A stretch of DNA of 61,970 bases from Aestuariivirga sp. (GTDB lineage: Bacteria > Pseudomonadota > Alphaproteobacteria > Rhizobiales > Aestuariivirgaceae): NCBI GenBank assembly GCA_046594125.1, contig JBKJQD010000138.1, forward strand, positions 1-61,970, in the 5' to 3' direction. This document shows positions 49,080 through 58,291 of this stretch, piece by piece (positions within the stretch are counted from its first letter, which is position 1; the number at the start of each line of letters is the position of its first letter). The notes beneath the pieces are model-generated. The model did not search any database, was not told the DNA's origin, and worked only from the letters and a program-made list of their open reading frames with translations. Position numbers and translations under genes: made by a program.

Positions 49080-49895
49080 TTAACTTGGCGCGTAATTTGC
49101 CTCTTCGAGCGTAGTGATTTTAGGATTTCGCCCGCTGATCGGATTGTGGGGGTTCCATAGCAGCCGCGTCTCATAGAATCGCGCCGACAGCGCATCGTAC
49201 ATCACCAGCCTGCCCGCCAGGCTTTCGCCAATGCCGAGGATTTCCTTGATGACTTCCATGGCCTGCATGGACCCCATGATGCCCGGCAGCGCCCCCATGA
49301 CGCCGGCCTCCTCGCAAGCCGGAAACAGCCCGCGCGGCGGAATTTCGCCCATCAGGCAACGATAGCTTGGCCACGGCTGCCCGTCCGGCGATTTCTCATG
49401 GGGCTTGAAAGTGGAAATTTGCCCGTCGAACTGACCGACCGCCGCGGACACCAGAGTCTTGCGCGCCAGAAAACAGGCATCGCTCACCAGAAACCGAGTC
49501 GGAAAATTATCGCAGCCATCGATCACCAGATCATAGGCGGTGACGATGTCCAGCGCATTGCCAGCCGTGATCCGCAATGGATGCAGCACCACATTGACGT
49601 GCGGATTGATGGCCGCCATCGTCTCCCGCGCGCTCTCCGTCTTGGCCATGCCGACGCGCCCCGTCGTATGGATCACCTGCCGCTGCAGGTTGGAGAGGCT
49701 GACATGGTCGTCGTCGATGATACCAATGGTACCTATCCCGGCGGCTGCCAAGTAAAGCAGAGCAGGTGCACCCAGACCGCCAGCGCCCACCACTAGAACC
49801 TTGGCCTGCTTCAGGCGCGACTGGCCGGGGCCGCCCACCTCATGCAGAACCAGATGGCGGGCGTAGCGTTCGACTTCATCGGCGGAAAATGCCAT
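49080..49895 (-). CDS. moeB: MoeB/ThiF-family adenylyltransferase
   Basis: RYARH..L, GAGGLG, D.V..SNLQRQ, DG.DNF..R and C.EAGV.G motifs; start at the ATG at 49895. Confidence 0.85.
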   Translation of the reverse strand: MAFSADEVERYARHLVLHEVGGPGQSRLKQAKVLVVGAGGLGAPALLYLAAAGIGTIGIIDDDHVSLSNLQRQVIHTTGRVGMAKTESARETMAAINPHVNVVLHPLRITAGNALDIVTAYDLVIDGCDNFPTRFLVSDACFLARKTLVSAAVGQFDGQISTFKPHEKSPDGQPWPSYRCLMGEIPPRGLFPACEEAGVMGALPGIMGSMQAMEVIKEILGIGESLAGRLVMYDALSARFYETRLLWNPHNPISGRNPKITTLEEANYAPS

Positions 49896-50335
49896 CAGCG
49901 CCGCCCGGACGAACCAAAGCCGCCAGCCCCGCGCTCCGTCGCATCCAGCTCCTGCGTCTCGATCCATGCAACCTGGCTGACGGGTGCCACCACCAGCTGG
50001 GCGATCCTGTCGCCGCGCGCGATGTTGAAATCCGTGTCGCCGTGGTTGATGAGCGGAACCTTGATTTCGCCGCGATAATCGCTGTCGATGGTCCCCGGCG
50101 CATTGAGAACGGTGACACCATGGCGCACCGCCAAGCCGGAACGTGGTCTCACCTGGGCTTCAAAACCCTCGGGAAGCGCGATGGCAAATCCTGTCGGCAT
50201 CAGACAGCGTGTACCGGGCTTTAGGATAAAATTCTCGGCGGCGCGAAGATCCATTCCCGCCGCCCCACCAGTCTCGTAGGCAGGCAGGGGCAGATCACCC
50301 CCATGTGCAAGGCGCGTGACGCGGACGGGTATCAC
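49895..50335 (-). CDS. dut: dUTP diphosphatase
   Basis: [25 protein letters not shown] and RG.GGFGS.G motifs. Confidence 0.97.
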   Translation of the reverse strand: MIPVRVTRLAHGGDLPLPAYETGGAAGMDLRAAENFILKPGTRCLMPTGFAIALPEGFEAQVRPRSGLAVRHGVTVLNAPGTIDSDYRGEIKVPLINHGDTDFNIARGDRIAQLVVAPVSQVAWIETQELDATERGAGGFGSSGRR

Positions 50336-51555
50336 GAGCCGGCCTTGATCTTCGACAGCAGTTCGGCGGTGACGCGCTCCATCAGGCGCCGGGCGACCTC
50401 GCGTTTTGTCATGTCTGGCCAGGCTTCAATCCCGCCACTTGTCACAATGTCCACGCGGTTGTGGTCGCCGCCAAAAACCCCGGAGCCGGCACTCACATCA
50501 TTGGCAACGATGATGTCGCAGCCCTTCCTTGCCAGCTTCTCGCGGGCATGCTCGGCGATTTTTTCCGTTTCAGCGGCAAACCCCACGACGATTGACGGAC
50601 GTTTTCCGGACAGAGAGACCGTCTTGAGAATATCGGGATTTTCGACAAGCGGCAGACAGGGCAGTCCATCTCCGGTCTTCTTGAGTTTCTCGCTGGCCGC
50701 GTTGGCCACGCGCCAGTCGGCCACGGCGGCGGTAAAGATTGCAATGTCGCAGGGCAGTTCATCAAGGCAAGCCTGCAGCATTTCGTCCGCCGTCTGAACC
50801 GCAATGAGTTGCGCTCCGGGCGGAATGGCGAGCGAGACGGGGCCGGAGACAAGAACGGTCTCAGCCCCCAGTTCGACGGCGGCTTCGGCGATGGCATAGC
50901 CCTGCTTGCCGGAGGAATGGTTCGAGATGTAACGCACCGGGTCGATCGGCTCGCGCGTCGGCCCGGCGGTGATAAGAACCTTGCGTCCGGCGAGCGGCCG
51001 CGGCTTGGGCGCCAGCATCCCGGCAATCGCCGCATGAATTGCCGCCGGCTCGGCCATGCGCCCCGGACCATATTCGCCGCAGGCCATTTCGCCGTCATCG
51101 GGGCCGATGAACGTAACGCCGTCGCTGGTGAGCTGTCTGACATTGCGCCTGGTCGCGGCATGGGTCCACATGCGCACATTCATTGCCGGTGCGGCCAGAA
51201 CCGCCTTGTCGGTGGCCAGCAGTGCGGTCGATGCCAGATCATCGGCCAGTCCATTTGCCATCTTGGCCAAAAGGTCGGCGGTGGCGGGCGCCACCACAAC
51301 CAGATCGGCCGAGCGTGACAATTCGATGTGGCCCATTTCAATCTCGCCGGTGAGACTGAACAGCGCGGTATTGACCTTTTCGCCGGAGAGGCTTGCCAGC
51401 GACAGGGGTGTGACGAATTCCTCCGCGGCGCGCGTCATGATCACCCGGACGCCGATCCCGCTCTTGGCGCATAGTCGGATCAGCTCAAGGCACTTGTAGG
51501 CCGCAATGCCGCCGCCGATGATCAGGAGAATGGATTTGGTTTGGGGTCCGGTCAT
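50332..51555 (-). CDS. coaBC: Phosphopantothenoylcysteine decarboxylase / synthase
   Basis: GGIAAYK, HIEL, APAMN, ACGE.G.GR, DPVR...N.SSG and GFAAET motifs. Confidence 0.96.
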   Translation of the reverse strand: MTGPQTKSILLIIGGGIAAYKCLELIRLCAKSGIGVRVIMTRAAEEFVTPLSLASLSGEKVNTALFSLTGEIEMGHIELSRSADLVVVAPATADLLAKMANGLADDLASTALLATDKAVLAAPAMNVRMWTHAATRRNVRQLTSDGVTFIGPDDGEMACGEYGPGRMAEPAAIHAAIAGMLAPKPRPLAGRKVLITAGPTREPIDPVRYISNHSSGKQGYAIAEAAVELGAETVLVSGPVSLAIPPGAQLIAVQTADEMLQACLDELPCDIAIFTAAVADWRVANAASEKLKKTGDGLPCLPLVENPDILKTVSLSGKRPSIVVGFAAETEKIAEHAREKLARKGCDIIVANDVSAGSGVFGGDHNRVDIVTSGGIEAWPDMTKREVARRLMERVTAELLSKIKAGS

Positions 51556-51598
51556 GGAGCCATCTTGCCAGATCAGCCCCCTCCGTGACAATCGGCAG

Positions 51599-53161
51599 CT
51601 ACCGGGAGATTTGCCAGGCGATAACCATCAAGGCGAAGGCCCCGGCAACCAGCGCCAATCGTACCAGCCGGTTCTGGCGGCCATGGTGTTTTGCCAAATC
51701 CCGTACCGTCTCTTGATCGAGACGCAAGCCACCGGTCCTGGCCATGTCAGAAAGCATGAGCGTGGCGTTTTCGGCGGCGTTAAGCAGGGCAGGCAAGCGC
51801 AGCGCCATGTCGGCTGCACCAGTCAGGATCGCTTCCACACGTCCCACTGGTCCGAGCTTGCGCTCGATCCACTGCCGCACCACCGGTTCCGCCGTCACCC
51901 ACATGTTGAGATCGGGGTTGAGTGTGCGGGCCACGCCTTCGACCACCACCATGGTCTTCTGCAGTAGCAGGAGTTGCGGCTGGGTCGACATGTTGAACTG
52001 GCTTGTCACCTCGAACAATTGCGTGAGCAGGCGCGCCATGGAAATGTCCTTGGCCGACTTGTCCATGATCGGCTCGCCAATGGCCCGCAGCGCCTGTGCG
52101 AAACTGTTGGGGTCCTGGTCATTCGGCACATAACCGGCATCGAAATGAACTTGGGCGACACGCAGGTAGTCGCGAGTGATGAAGCCAAAGAGTATTTCGG
52201 CAAGGAACAGGCTCTCCTTGCGGCCAAGCCGTCCCGTAATGCCGAAGTCAACGGCAACCACTTGCGCCTTGTCATCGATAAAAAGGTTGCCGGGATGCAT
52301 GTCGGCATGGAAGAAGCCATCGCGGATCGCATGGCGCAGGAAACTCTGGATGACGGTATCGCCCAGCGCAATCAGGTTGAAGCCCTTGGCCCTGAGAGCC
52401 GCGACATCGGCAATGGGCGTTCCGGAAATCCATCCCGTGGTCAGTACTTGGCGGCTGGTCCGCTGCCAGTCGACGGCGGGAACCCGGAAGCCTGTATCCT
52501 CCTTGATGTTCTCCGCCATCTCGGAGATCGCCGAAGCTTCCATGCGCAGATCGAGCTCGAGCTTCATCGACTCCTCAAGCATGCGCACCGCGGCGACGGG
52601 CCTCAGCCTGCGCCCTTCGGCGCTGAACTTCTCCATAAGCCGTGCCGCGAAATAAAAGCTGTCGAGATCGGCGGCGAAACGCTTTTCGACGCCGGGCCGC
52701 AGCACCTTGACCGCCACCTCCCGGCCATCTTCCGTCAGGCCGCGATGCACCTGGGCAATGGAGGCCGCGGCGACCGGCTCCGACAGTTCACGAAACAGAA
52801 CATCAGCGGACGTGCCAAAGTTGTTGTGGATGATGATCCGGGCCTGATCCATTCCAAATGGCGGCAGCCGGTCCTGGAGGGTCTTGAGTTCGAAGGCGCG
52901 GTCCGGGCCGATCACGTCGGGACGCGTCGCAAGAAATTGCCCGAGCTTGATGTAACTTGGTCCAAGTGCCGTGAGTGCCGCCGCCAGGCGGCTTTGCGGA
53001 TCACCCGCAGGCGAACGCGCACCGAACCGCGCGGCGCGCAACGCAAGGCGGGCGAACCACGGCAAGCTTGCTAACTGTTGCGGTTGCAGCAGGGCGTCGT
53101 AGCGTGCCAGCGTCCGTCCCGCCTTGATCAGCCGTACGGCGTGCCGCACACTTGAAAACAT
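51599..53161 (-). CDS. ubiB: Ubiquinone biosynthesis atypical kinase
   Basis: GP..IKLGQ...TRPD, AASIAQVH, VAVKV.RP, FFHADMHPGN and DFGI motifs; start 53161 (TGATG overlap) or 53173. Confidence 0.95.
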   Translation of the reverse strand: MFSSVRHAVRLIKAGRTLARYDALLQPQQLASLPWFARLALRAARFGARSPAGDPQSRLAAALTALGPSYIKLGQFLATRPDVIGPDRAFELKTLQDRLPPFGMDQARIIIHNNFGTSADVLFRELSEPVAAASIAQVHRGLTEDGREVAVKVLRPGVEKRFAADLDSFYFAARLMEKFSAEGRRLRPVAAVRMLEESMKLELDLRMEASAISEMAENIKEDTGFRVPAVDWQRTSRQVLTTGWISGTPIADVAALRAKGFNLIALGDTVIQSFLRHAIRDGFFHADMHPGNLFIDDKAQVVAVDFGITGRLGRKESLFLAEILFGFITRDYLRVAQVHFDAGYVPNDQDPNSFAQALRAIGEPIMDKSAKDISMARLLTQLFEVTSQFNMSTQPQLLLLQKTMVVVEGVARTLNPDLNMWVTAEPVVRQWIERKLGPVGRVEAILTGAADMALRLPALLNAAENATLMLSDMARTGGLRLDQETVRDLAKHHGRQNRLVRLALVAGAFALMVIAWQISR

Positions 53162-53928
53162 CAGATGCGCCATCCCGAATGAATGGCCACGATTCCGCCC
53201 GTGAGATTGCGATAGGAGACCTTCGCGAAGCCCGCACCTTCGATCATCGCTTTGAAGTCACCCTGCCTGGGGAAGGTGCGGATTGATTCCACAAGATAAC
53301 GATAGGGCTGCCCATCGCCAGTGACCGTCTTGCCGATGGCGGGAATGACAGTGAAGGAATAGGCATCATAGATCGCATCGAGAATTGGCACATCGGCGTG
53401 TGAAAATTCCAGGCAAAGAAAGCGGCCGCCGGGCTTCAGGACGCGATAGGCCTCGGCCAGCGCCCGGTCGATATGGGTGACATTGCGGATGCCGAAAGCG
53501 ATGGTGTAGGCATCGAAACTCATGTCCGGAAATGCCAGATTTTCGGCATTGCCGACAGTGAAGGCGCAGCGGCCTTCAAGTCCGCTGCCGCTGGCGCGCT
53601 TGCGGCCTTCTGCCACCATCTCCGGTGAAATGTCGGCGATGGTCACCCGGGTGCCCGGACCCCCGGCCTGCAAGATCTTGAAGGCGATGTCGCCGGTCCC
53701 GCCCGCCACATCGAGAACATCGAAACCCGTTGCGCCGCGCGGTGGCGCCAGCATGGTGATGAAATCGTCCTTCCACAGCCGGTGCAGCCCGCCCGACATC
53801 AGATCGTTCATCTGGTCATAGCGCTCTGCGACTTTGGAAAAGACACTGTTGACGAGACCCTGTTTCTCCGTCTCCGCCACGCGGCGGAACCCGAAGGCGA
53901 CGTCACTTTCATTGTCGTGGCTGGCCAT
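53161..53928 (-). CDS. ubiE: Ubiquinone/menaquinone C-methyltransferase
   Basis: [28 protein letters not shown] and Y.YL.ESIR.FP motifs. Confidence 0.96.
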   Translation of the reverse strand: MASHDNESDVAFGFRRVAETEKQGLVNSVFSKVAERYDQMNDLMSGGLHRLWKDDFITMLAPPRGATGFDVLDVAGGTGDIAFKILQAGGPGTRVTIADISPEMVAEGRKRASGSGLEGRCAFTVGNAENLAFPDMSFDAYTIAFGIRNVTHIDRALAEAYRVLKPGGRFLCLEFSHADVPILDAIYDAYSFTVIPAIGKTVTGDGQPYRYLVESIRTFPRQGDFKAMIEGAGFAKVSYRNLTGGIVAIHSGWRI

Positions 53929-53950
53929 CTTGAGTCGATCGGTCCCTGCG

Positions 53951-55507
53951 CTAGCGCTTGATCATGGATTTCATTTCGCCAAGGCGCATGGCGCCGGTGA
54001 AATGAGCAAATAGGAAATAGCTCGATAGTCCCACTATCACGAGCAGGACAAGACTCCAAAGCGCCGCAAGGAAGCCTGCTCCCGCCGTGAAATTTCCGGC
54101 CAGGAAATGGTTGCAGGCGAGCAGGACGCCGCCCATCAGTAAAGCCGAAATGAGCATTCGCGGCAGCCGCAGCCGCAGCCGGTCATCCAGCGCGAAATGT
54201 CCGCGGCGCGACAGGGTGAGGCCCAGAAGTCCGGTGTTGATCCACGCCGAAACCGTCGTGCCGATGGCAATCCCCACATGCCCCATCCATCGCGACAGAA
54301 CAAAGCTTACAACGACGTTGATTATTACTGAAACGATTGCGAACTTCATCGGCGTCGCGGTATCTTCGCGGGCATAGTAGCCGGGCTGGAACACCTTGGT
54401 CATCGCGAAAGCCGGCAGGCCCGCCGCGAAAACCAGAACCGCCGGAGCCACCGCCAGCGTGTCGTCATGCGTGAACGCGCCATGTTCGAAAACCGTCCGC
54501 AACACCGGGACCGGTATGGCCATGAGCGCCAATGCCGAAGGCAGCGTTAGGAACAGCGACAGTTCAAGCGCCCGGTTCTGGCTATGGGCGGCGCCACTGC
54601 TGTTCCCGGCGCGAAGCTTGCGCGACAGGTCCGGCAGCAGCACCACGCCGATGGCGACGCCGATAACCCCGAGCGGCAACTGATAGATCCTGTCCGCGTA
54701 ATAGAGATAGGAGACGGCCCGGTCGATGGTCGTGGCGATCATCGTGGCAATCACCAGATTGATTTGCGTGATGCCGCCGGAAATAATTCCGGGTACGGAG
54801 AGCGCGATGACTCGTTTGACGTCAGGGGTTAGCCTCGGCCAATTGGGTACTAGCGGCATGCCGATCCGTCGGCAGGCCACCGCAAGCAGGATAAATTGTG
54901 CAATACCCGATGCAAAAAGCCCCCAGGCCAAGATATGCCCGGTCGCCGCCGTGTTTCCGGTGCCCAGCACCCAGGCAATGATGTTGGAGGCGATCATGAC
55001 GAGGTTGAGAACAATGGGCGCTGCCGCTGCCGCCGTAAAGCGGTTGAGGCTGTTGAGAACGCCCGACTGGAGTGCTGTGAGAGAGATGAACAGCAGATAG
55101 GGAAAGCTGATACGCGTCAGGTCGACGGCCAGATTGTATTTTTCGGCATCGCCTGAAAATCCCGGCGCGATGACATGCATGAGCAGCGGCATGGCGATCA
55201 TCGCGGCGGTGCAGAAAACGATCAGCCATGCGGCGAGCACGGAGAAGACATCAATTGCGAAGCGATGCGCAGCTTGCGCGCCATTGCCTTCGATCTGTTT
55301 GGCGAAAAGAGGGACAAAGGCGGAGTTGAACGCGCCTTCCGCGAATAAGGTGCGAAACAGGTTGGGAAAGCGCTGGGCGACAAAGAAGGCTTCCGCCACC
55401 GGTCCCGTCCCCACCGCATAGGCGACGAGCTGGTCGCGGACGAAACCCAGAAGGCGGCTGACCATGGTGAATCCGCCAACTGTCGCGGCGGATTTGAGGA
55501 GCGACAT
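53951..55507 (-). CDS. murJ: Lipid II flippase MurJ (MviN)
   Basis: SR..GF.RD, PNLFR..FAEGAF..AFVP, YADR..QLP.G and YARED..TP motifs. Confidence 0.96.
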   Translation of the reverse strand: MSLLKSAATVGGFTMVSRLLGFVRDQLVAYAVGTGPVAEAFFVAQRFPNLFRTLFAEGAFNSAFVPLFAKQIEGNGAQAAHRFAIDVFSVLAAWLIVFCTAAMIAMPLLMHVIAPGFSGDAEKYNLAVDLTRISFPYLLFISLTALQSGVLNSLNRFTAAAAAPIVLNLVMIASNIIAWVLGTGNTAATGHILAWGLFASGIAQFILLAVACRRIGMPLVPNWPRLTPDVKRVIALSVPGIISGGITQINLVIATMIATTIDRAVSYLYYADRIYQLPLGVIGVAIGVVLLPDLSRKLRAGNSSGAAHSQNRALELSLFLTLPSALALMAIPVPVLRTVFEHGAFTHDDTLAVAPAVLVFAAGLPAFAMTKVFQPGYYAREDTATPMKFAIVSVIINVVVSFVLSRWMGHVGIAIGTTVSAWINTGLLGLTLSRRGHFALDDRLRLRLPRMLISALLMGGVLLACNHFLAGNFTAGAGFLAALWSLVLLVIVGLSSYFLFAHFTGAMRLGEMKSMIKR

Positions 55508-58291
55508 TCAGCTGGCCTTCCCGGTGAGAACGGCGCCAGCCGGAACCGGCGGCGCCAGCACGCCTGAGAGAGCATTTTCGATCTGCATGCGGCGGGCGGT
55601 ATTTTCGATCTTTCCGCCGGTGAGATCGGTGACGTAGAAAACGTCGATGGCCTTCTCGCCGAAGGTCGTGACATGCGCCGAGCCGATATTGAGATTGAGT
55701 TTGTAGAGCGCTTCGGTGAGATCATAGAGCAGCCCGATGCGGTCGCGGCCATTGATCTCGATGACCGTGAAGCGGTTCGAGGACTGATTGTCGATGATGA
55801 CGCGCGGTTCCACCGTGAAGGCGTTGATTCGCATCTGCGGCCGATAGGCGCGGGCAACTGCTTCCTTGAGCCAGACCTCGCCCCGCAGGGCCTTGCGGAT
55901 GAGATCGGCAATTCTCTCGGCGCGGCGGCGCTCGTCATCCTCGGTCTGGAATTCGCGCTGAATGAGAATGGTATCGAGCGCCATGCCGTCGGTGGTTGTG
56001 AATATCTGCGCCCCTGCGATATTGGCGCCCGCCGCGGCGCAGGCGCCGGTGATCAATGCCAGAAGACGGGGATGATCCGGCGTATAGACCGTCAGCTCGG
56101 TGATCGCCGTGAAGGCGTCGGTTTCGACGGCAGTCACCACCGATTTGGGCTGGGCATCGGCAATCAGCGTAAAATGCTTGATCTGCTTTGCGGTTTCCAC
56201 ACTCAACCAGTAGGCGTCATAGTGGCGGGCGGCATAGGCCTTTTGCTGGTCTTCGCCGAGCTTTGGCAACCGCGTGAAGAAAACCGCCTCGGCTTCCTTG
56301 ACCCGGTCCTTGCGTGAAACCGCCGTGTGACCGCCCGAGAGAACGGGCTCCGCCTCGCCATAGAGGGTGCGCAGCAACTGCCCCTTCCAGCCGTTCCATA
56401 CGCCAGGCCCAACCGCCCGGATGTCGGCGACCGTCAGGATGAGAAGCAGCCTGAGGCGGTCGAGGCTCTGCACGATGCCGGTGAAATCGAGGATCGTCTT
56501 GAAGTCGTTGAGATCGCGCATCTGGGCCGTCTCGCTCATCAAAAGGTGATAGCGGATGAGCCAGGAGACCGTCTCGGTTTCGGAGGCCGAAAGGCCAAGG
56601 CGTGGGCAGATTTCCATGGCGATGCGCGCGCCGGCAATGGAATGGTCTTCCTTTCTGCCCTTGGCGATATCGTGTAGCAGCACGGCGACATAAAGCACGC
56701 GCTTGTTGGCGATTGTCGGGAATATGGCGGCGGAGAGAGGGTGGTCTTCGGAAAGATCGCCGCGATCAATCGAGGCGAGAATGCCGACCGCACGCAGCAG
56801 ATGTTCGTCGACCGTATAGTGATGATACATGTTGAACTGCATCATGGCGACGATTTTGCCGAATTCCGGAATGAAGCGCCCAAGCACACCTGCTTCATTC
56901 ATCATGCGCAGGATGATTTCGGGCTCGCTGCCTTGAGTGAGTATCTCGAGGAAAATGGCGTTGGCCTCTGGATCCGCGCAGACCGCTTTACTTAGCAGCT
57001 TGAGCGACTTTCGAACCTTCTTCAGTGTATCCGGATGGATTTCCGCGCCAAGCTGGTCAGCCGCCGCGAACAGCCGGATCATGTTGACAGGATCTTGTTC
57101 GAGGACATCGGGCGAATTGAGGACGACGCGCCCGCCCTCGATTTGAAACGCAGGCGAGCCGGGAATTTTGGCCGCCGCACGCGGGCGGAAGCGCCCGAAC
57201 ATGCGGCTCAGCACAGGAATGTCCTTGACCTGATTGGCCTCGAGACTTGCGCACAGGATGCGGGTGAGGTCGCCGACATCCTTGGCCACAAGGAAATAGT
57301 GTTTCATGAAGCGCTCGACATTCTTCAGGCCGCCATGGGCCTTGTAGCCCAAGCGTTCGGCGATCTCTGGCTGCCGGTCGAAACTCAGCCGGTCATTGCC
57401 GCGTTTTGAAATGAAATGCAGATGACAGCGCACCGCCCACAGGAAATTCTCGCATTTCTTGAAATCGGCAAGCTCGTCGCGCGTGAAGGCGCCCTTGGCG
57501 GCCAATTCATCGGTGACGTTGGTGGCGTAAAGAAACTTGGCGATCCAGAAGAGCGTGTTGAGATCGCGCAAGCCACCCTTGCCGTCCTTGACATCGGGCT
57601 CGACCAGATAACGGCTTTCGCCTGACTTGTGCAGCCGCTGATCGCGCTCGGCCAGTTTATCGGCGACGAATTGCCGGGCGCCCTTGGCAACAATATCGCG
57701 GCGGAAGTCGCGCACCAGCTGCTCGAAGAGCGTTTGCTCGCCGCAGATGAATCGCGCCTCAAGAGTGGCCGTCAGAATGGTGTTGTCAGTCTTGGCAAGG
57801 CGAATGCATTCGTCGACGCTGCGCGTCGCGTGGCCAACCTTCTGGCGTGTATCCCACAAGACATAGAGAATGAATTCGACAATGGATTGCACGCGCGGCG
57901 ATTGCCGGGCCGGCAGCAGAAACAGCAGATCGATGTCGGAACCCGGCGCCAGCGTTCCACGGCCATAGCCGCCCACCGCAACAGCCGCGATGCGTTCCTC
58001 GGCTTTTTCCGATGCCACCGGAAACAGGTCCTTGCAGGCGATATCGAACAGGGCATGAATGATCTGGTCCTCGACAAAGCTCAAGTCCTCGGCGCAGCGT
58101 GTTCCGTGGCCATCACGCAGCAGTTGTGTTTCCGCCTTGTCGCGGGCCTCGGCAAAAACTCCCTTGAGATCCTCGACGATGGCCGGCCGCAACTGCGGAT
58201 TTTGCGCACCAAGCTGGCGCACCAGACCGCCGAGGCGCTCACGCAGACTGCCGCTATCCACAAGCGTTTCTCTTTGCGGTGTCGTGATCAT
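55508..58291 (-). CDS. glnD: [Protein-PII] uridylyltransferase / uridylyl-removing enzyme
   Basis: GGYGRG.LAP.SD.D, EP.VK...GGLRD, YH.YTVDEH and HDIAKG motifs, plus two ACT domains. Confidence 0.97.
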   Translation of the reverse strand: MITTPQRETLVDSGSLRERLGGLVRQLGAQNPQLRPAIVEDLKGVFAEARDKAETQLLRDGHGTRCAEDLSFVEDQIIHALFDIACKDLFPVASEKAEERIAAVAVGGYGRGTLAPGSDIDLLFLLPARQSPRVQSIVEFILYVLWDTRQKVGHATRSVDECIRLAKTDNTILTATLEARFICGEQTLFEQLVRDFRRDIVAKGARQFVADKLAERDQRLHKSGESRYLVEPDVKDGKGGLRDLNTLFWIAKFLYATNVTDELAAKGAFTRDELADFKKCENFLWAVRCHLHFISKRGNDRLSFDRQPEIAERLGYKAHGGLKNVERFMKHYFLVAKDVGDLTRILCASLEANQVKDIPVLSRMFGRFRPRAAAKIPGSPAFQIEGGRVVLNSPDVLEQDPVNMIRLFAAADQLGAEIHPDTLKKVRKSLKLLSKAVCADPEANAIFLEILTQGSEPEIILRMMNEAGVLGRFIPEFGKIVAMMQFNMYHHYTVDEHLLRAVGILASIDRGDLSEDHPLSAAIFPTIANKRVLYVAVLLHDIAKGRKEDHSIAGARIAMEICPRLGLSASETETVSWLIRYHLLMSETAQMRDLNDFKTILDFTGIVQSLDRLRLLLILTVADIRAVGPGVWNGWKGQLLRTLYGEAEPVLSGGHTAVSRKDRVKEAEAVFFTRLPKLGEDQQKAYAARHYDAYWLSVETAKQIKHFTLIADAQPKSVVTAVETDAFTAITELTVYTPDHPRLLALITGACAAAGANIAGAQIFTTTDGMALDTILIQREFQTEDDERRRAERIADLIRKALRGEVWLKEAVARAYRPQMRINAFTVEPRVIIDNQSSNRFTVIEINGRDRIGLLYDLTEALYKLNLNIGSAHVTTFGEKAIDVFYVTDLTGGKIENTARRMQIENALSGVLAPPVPAGAVLTGKAS

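Noticed and set aside
54163-54180. (GCAGCC)3 tandem repeat in murJ
   Set aside because: An in-frame hexamer encoding RLRLRL; too short and frame-neutral for phase variation.
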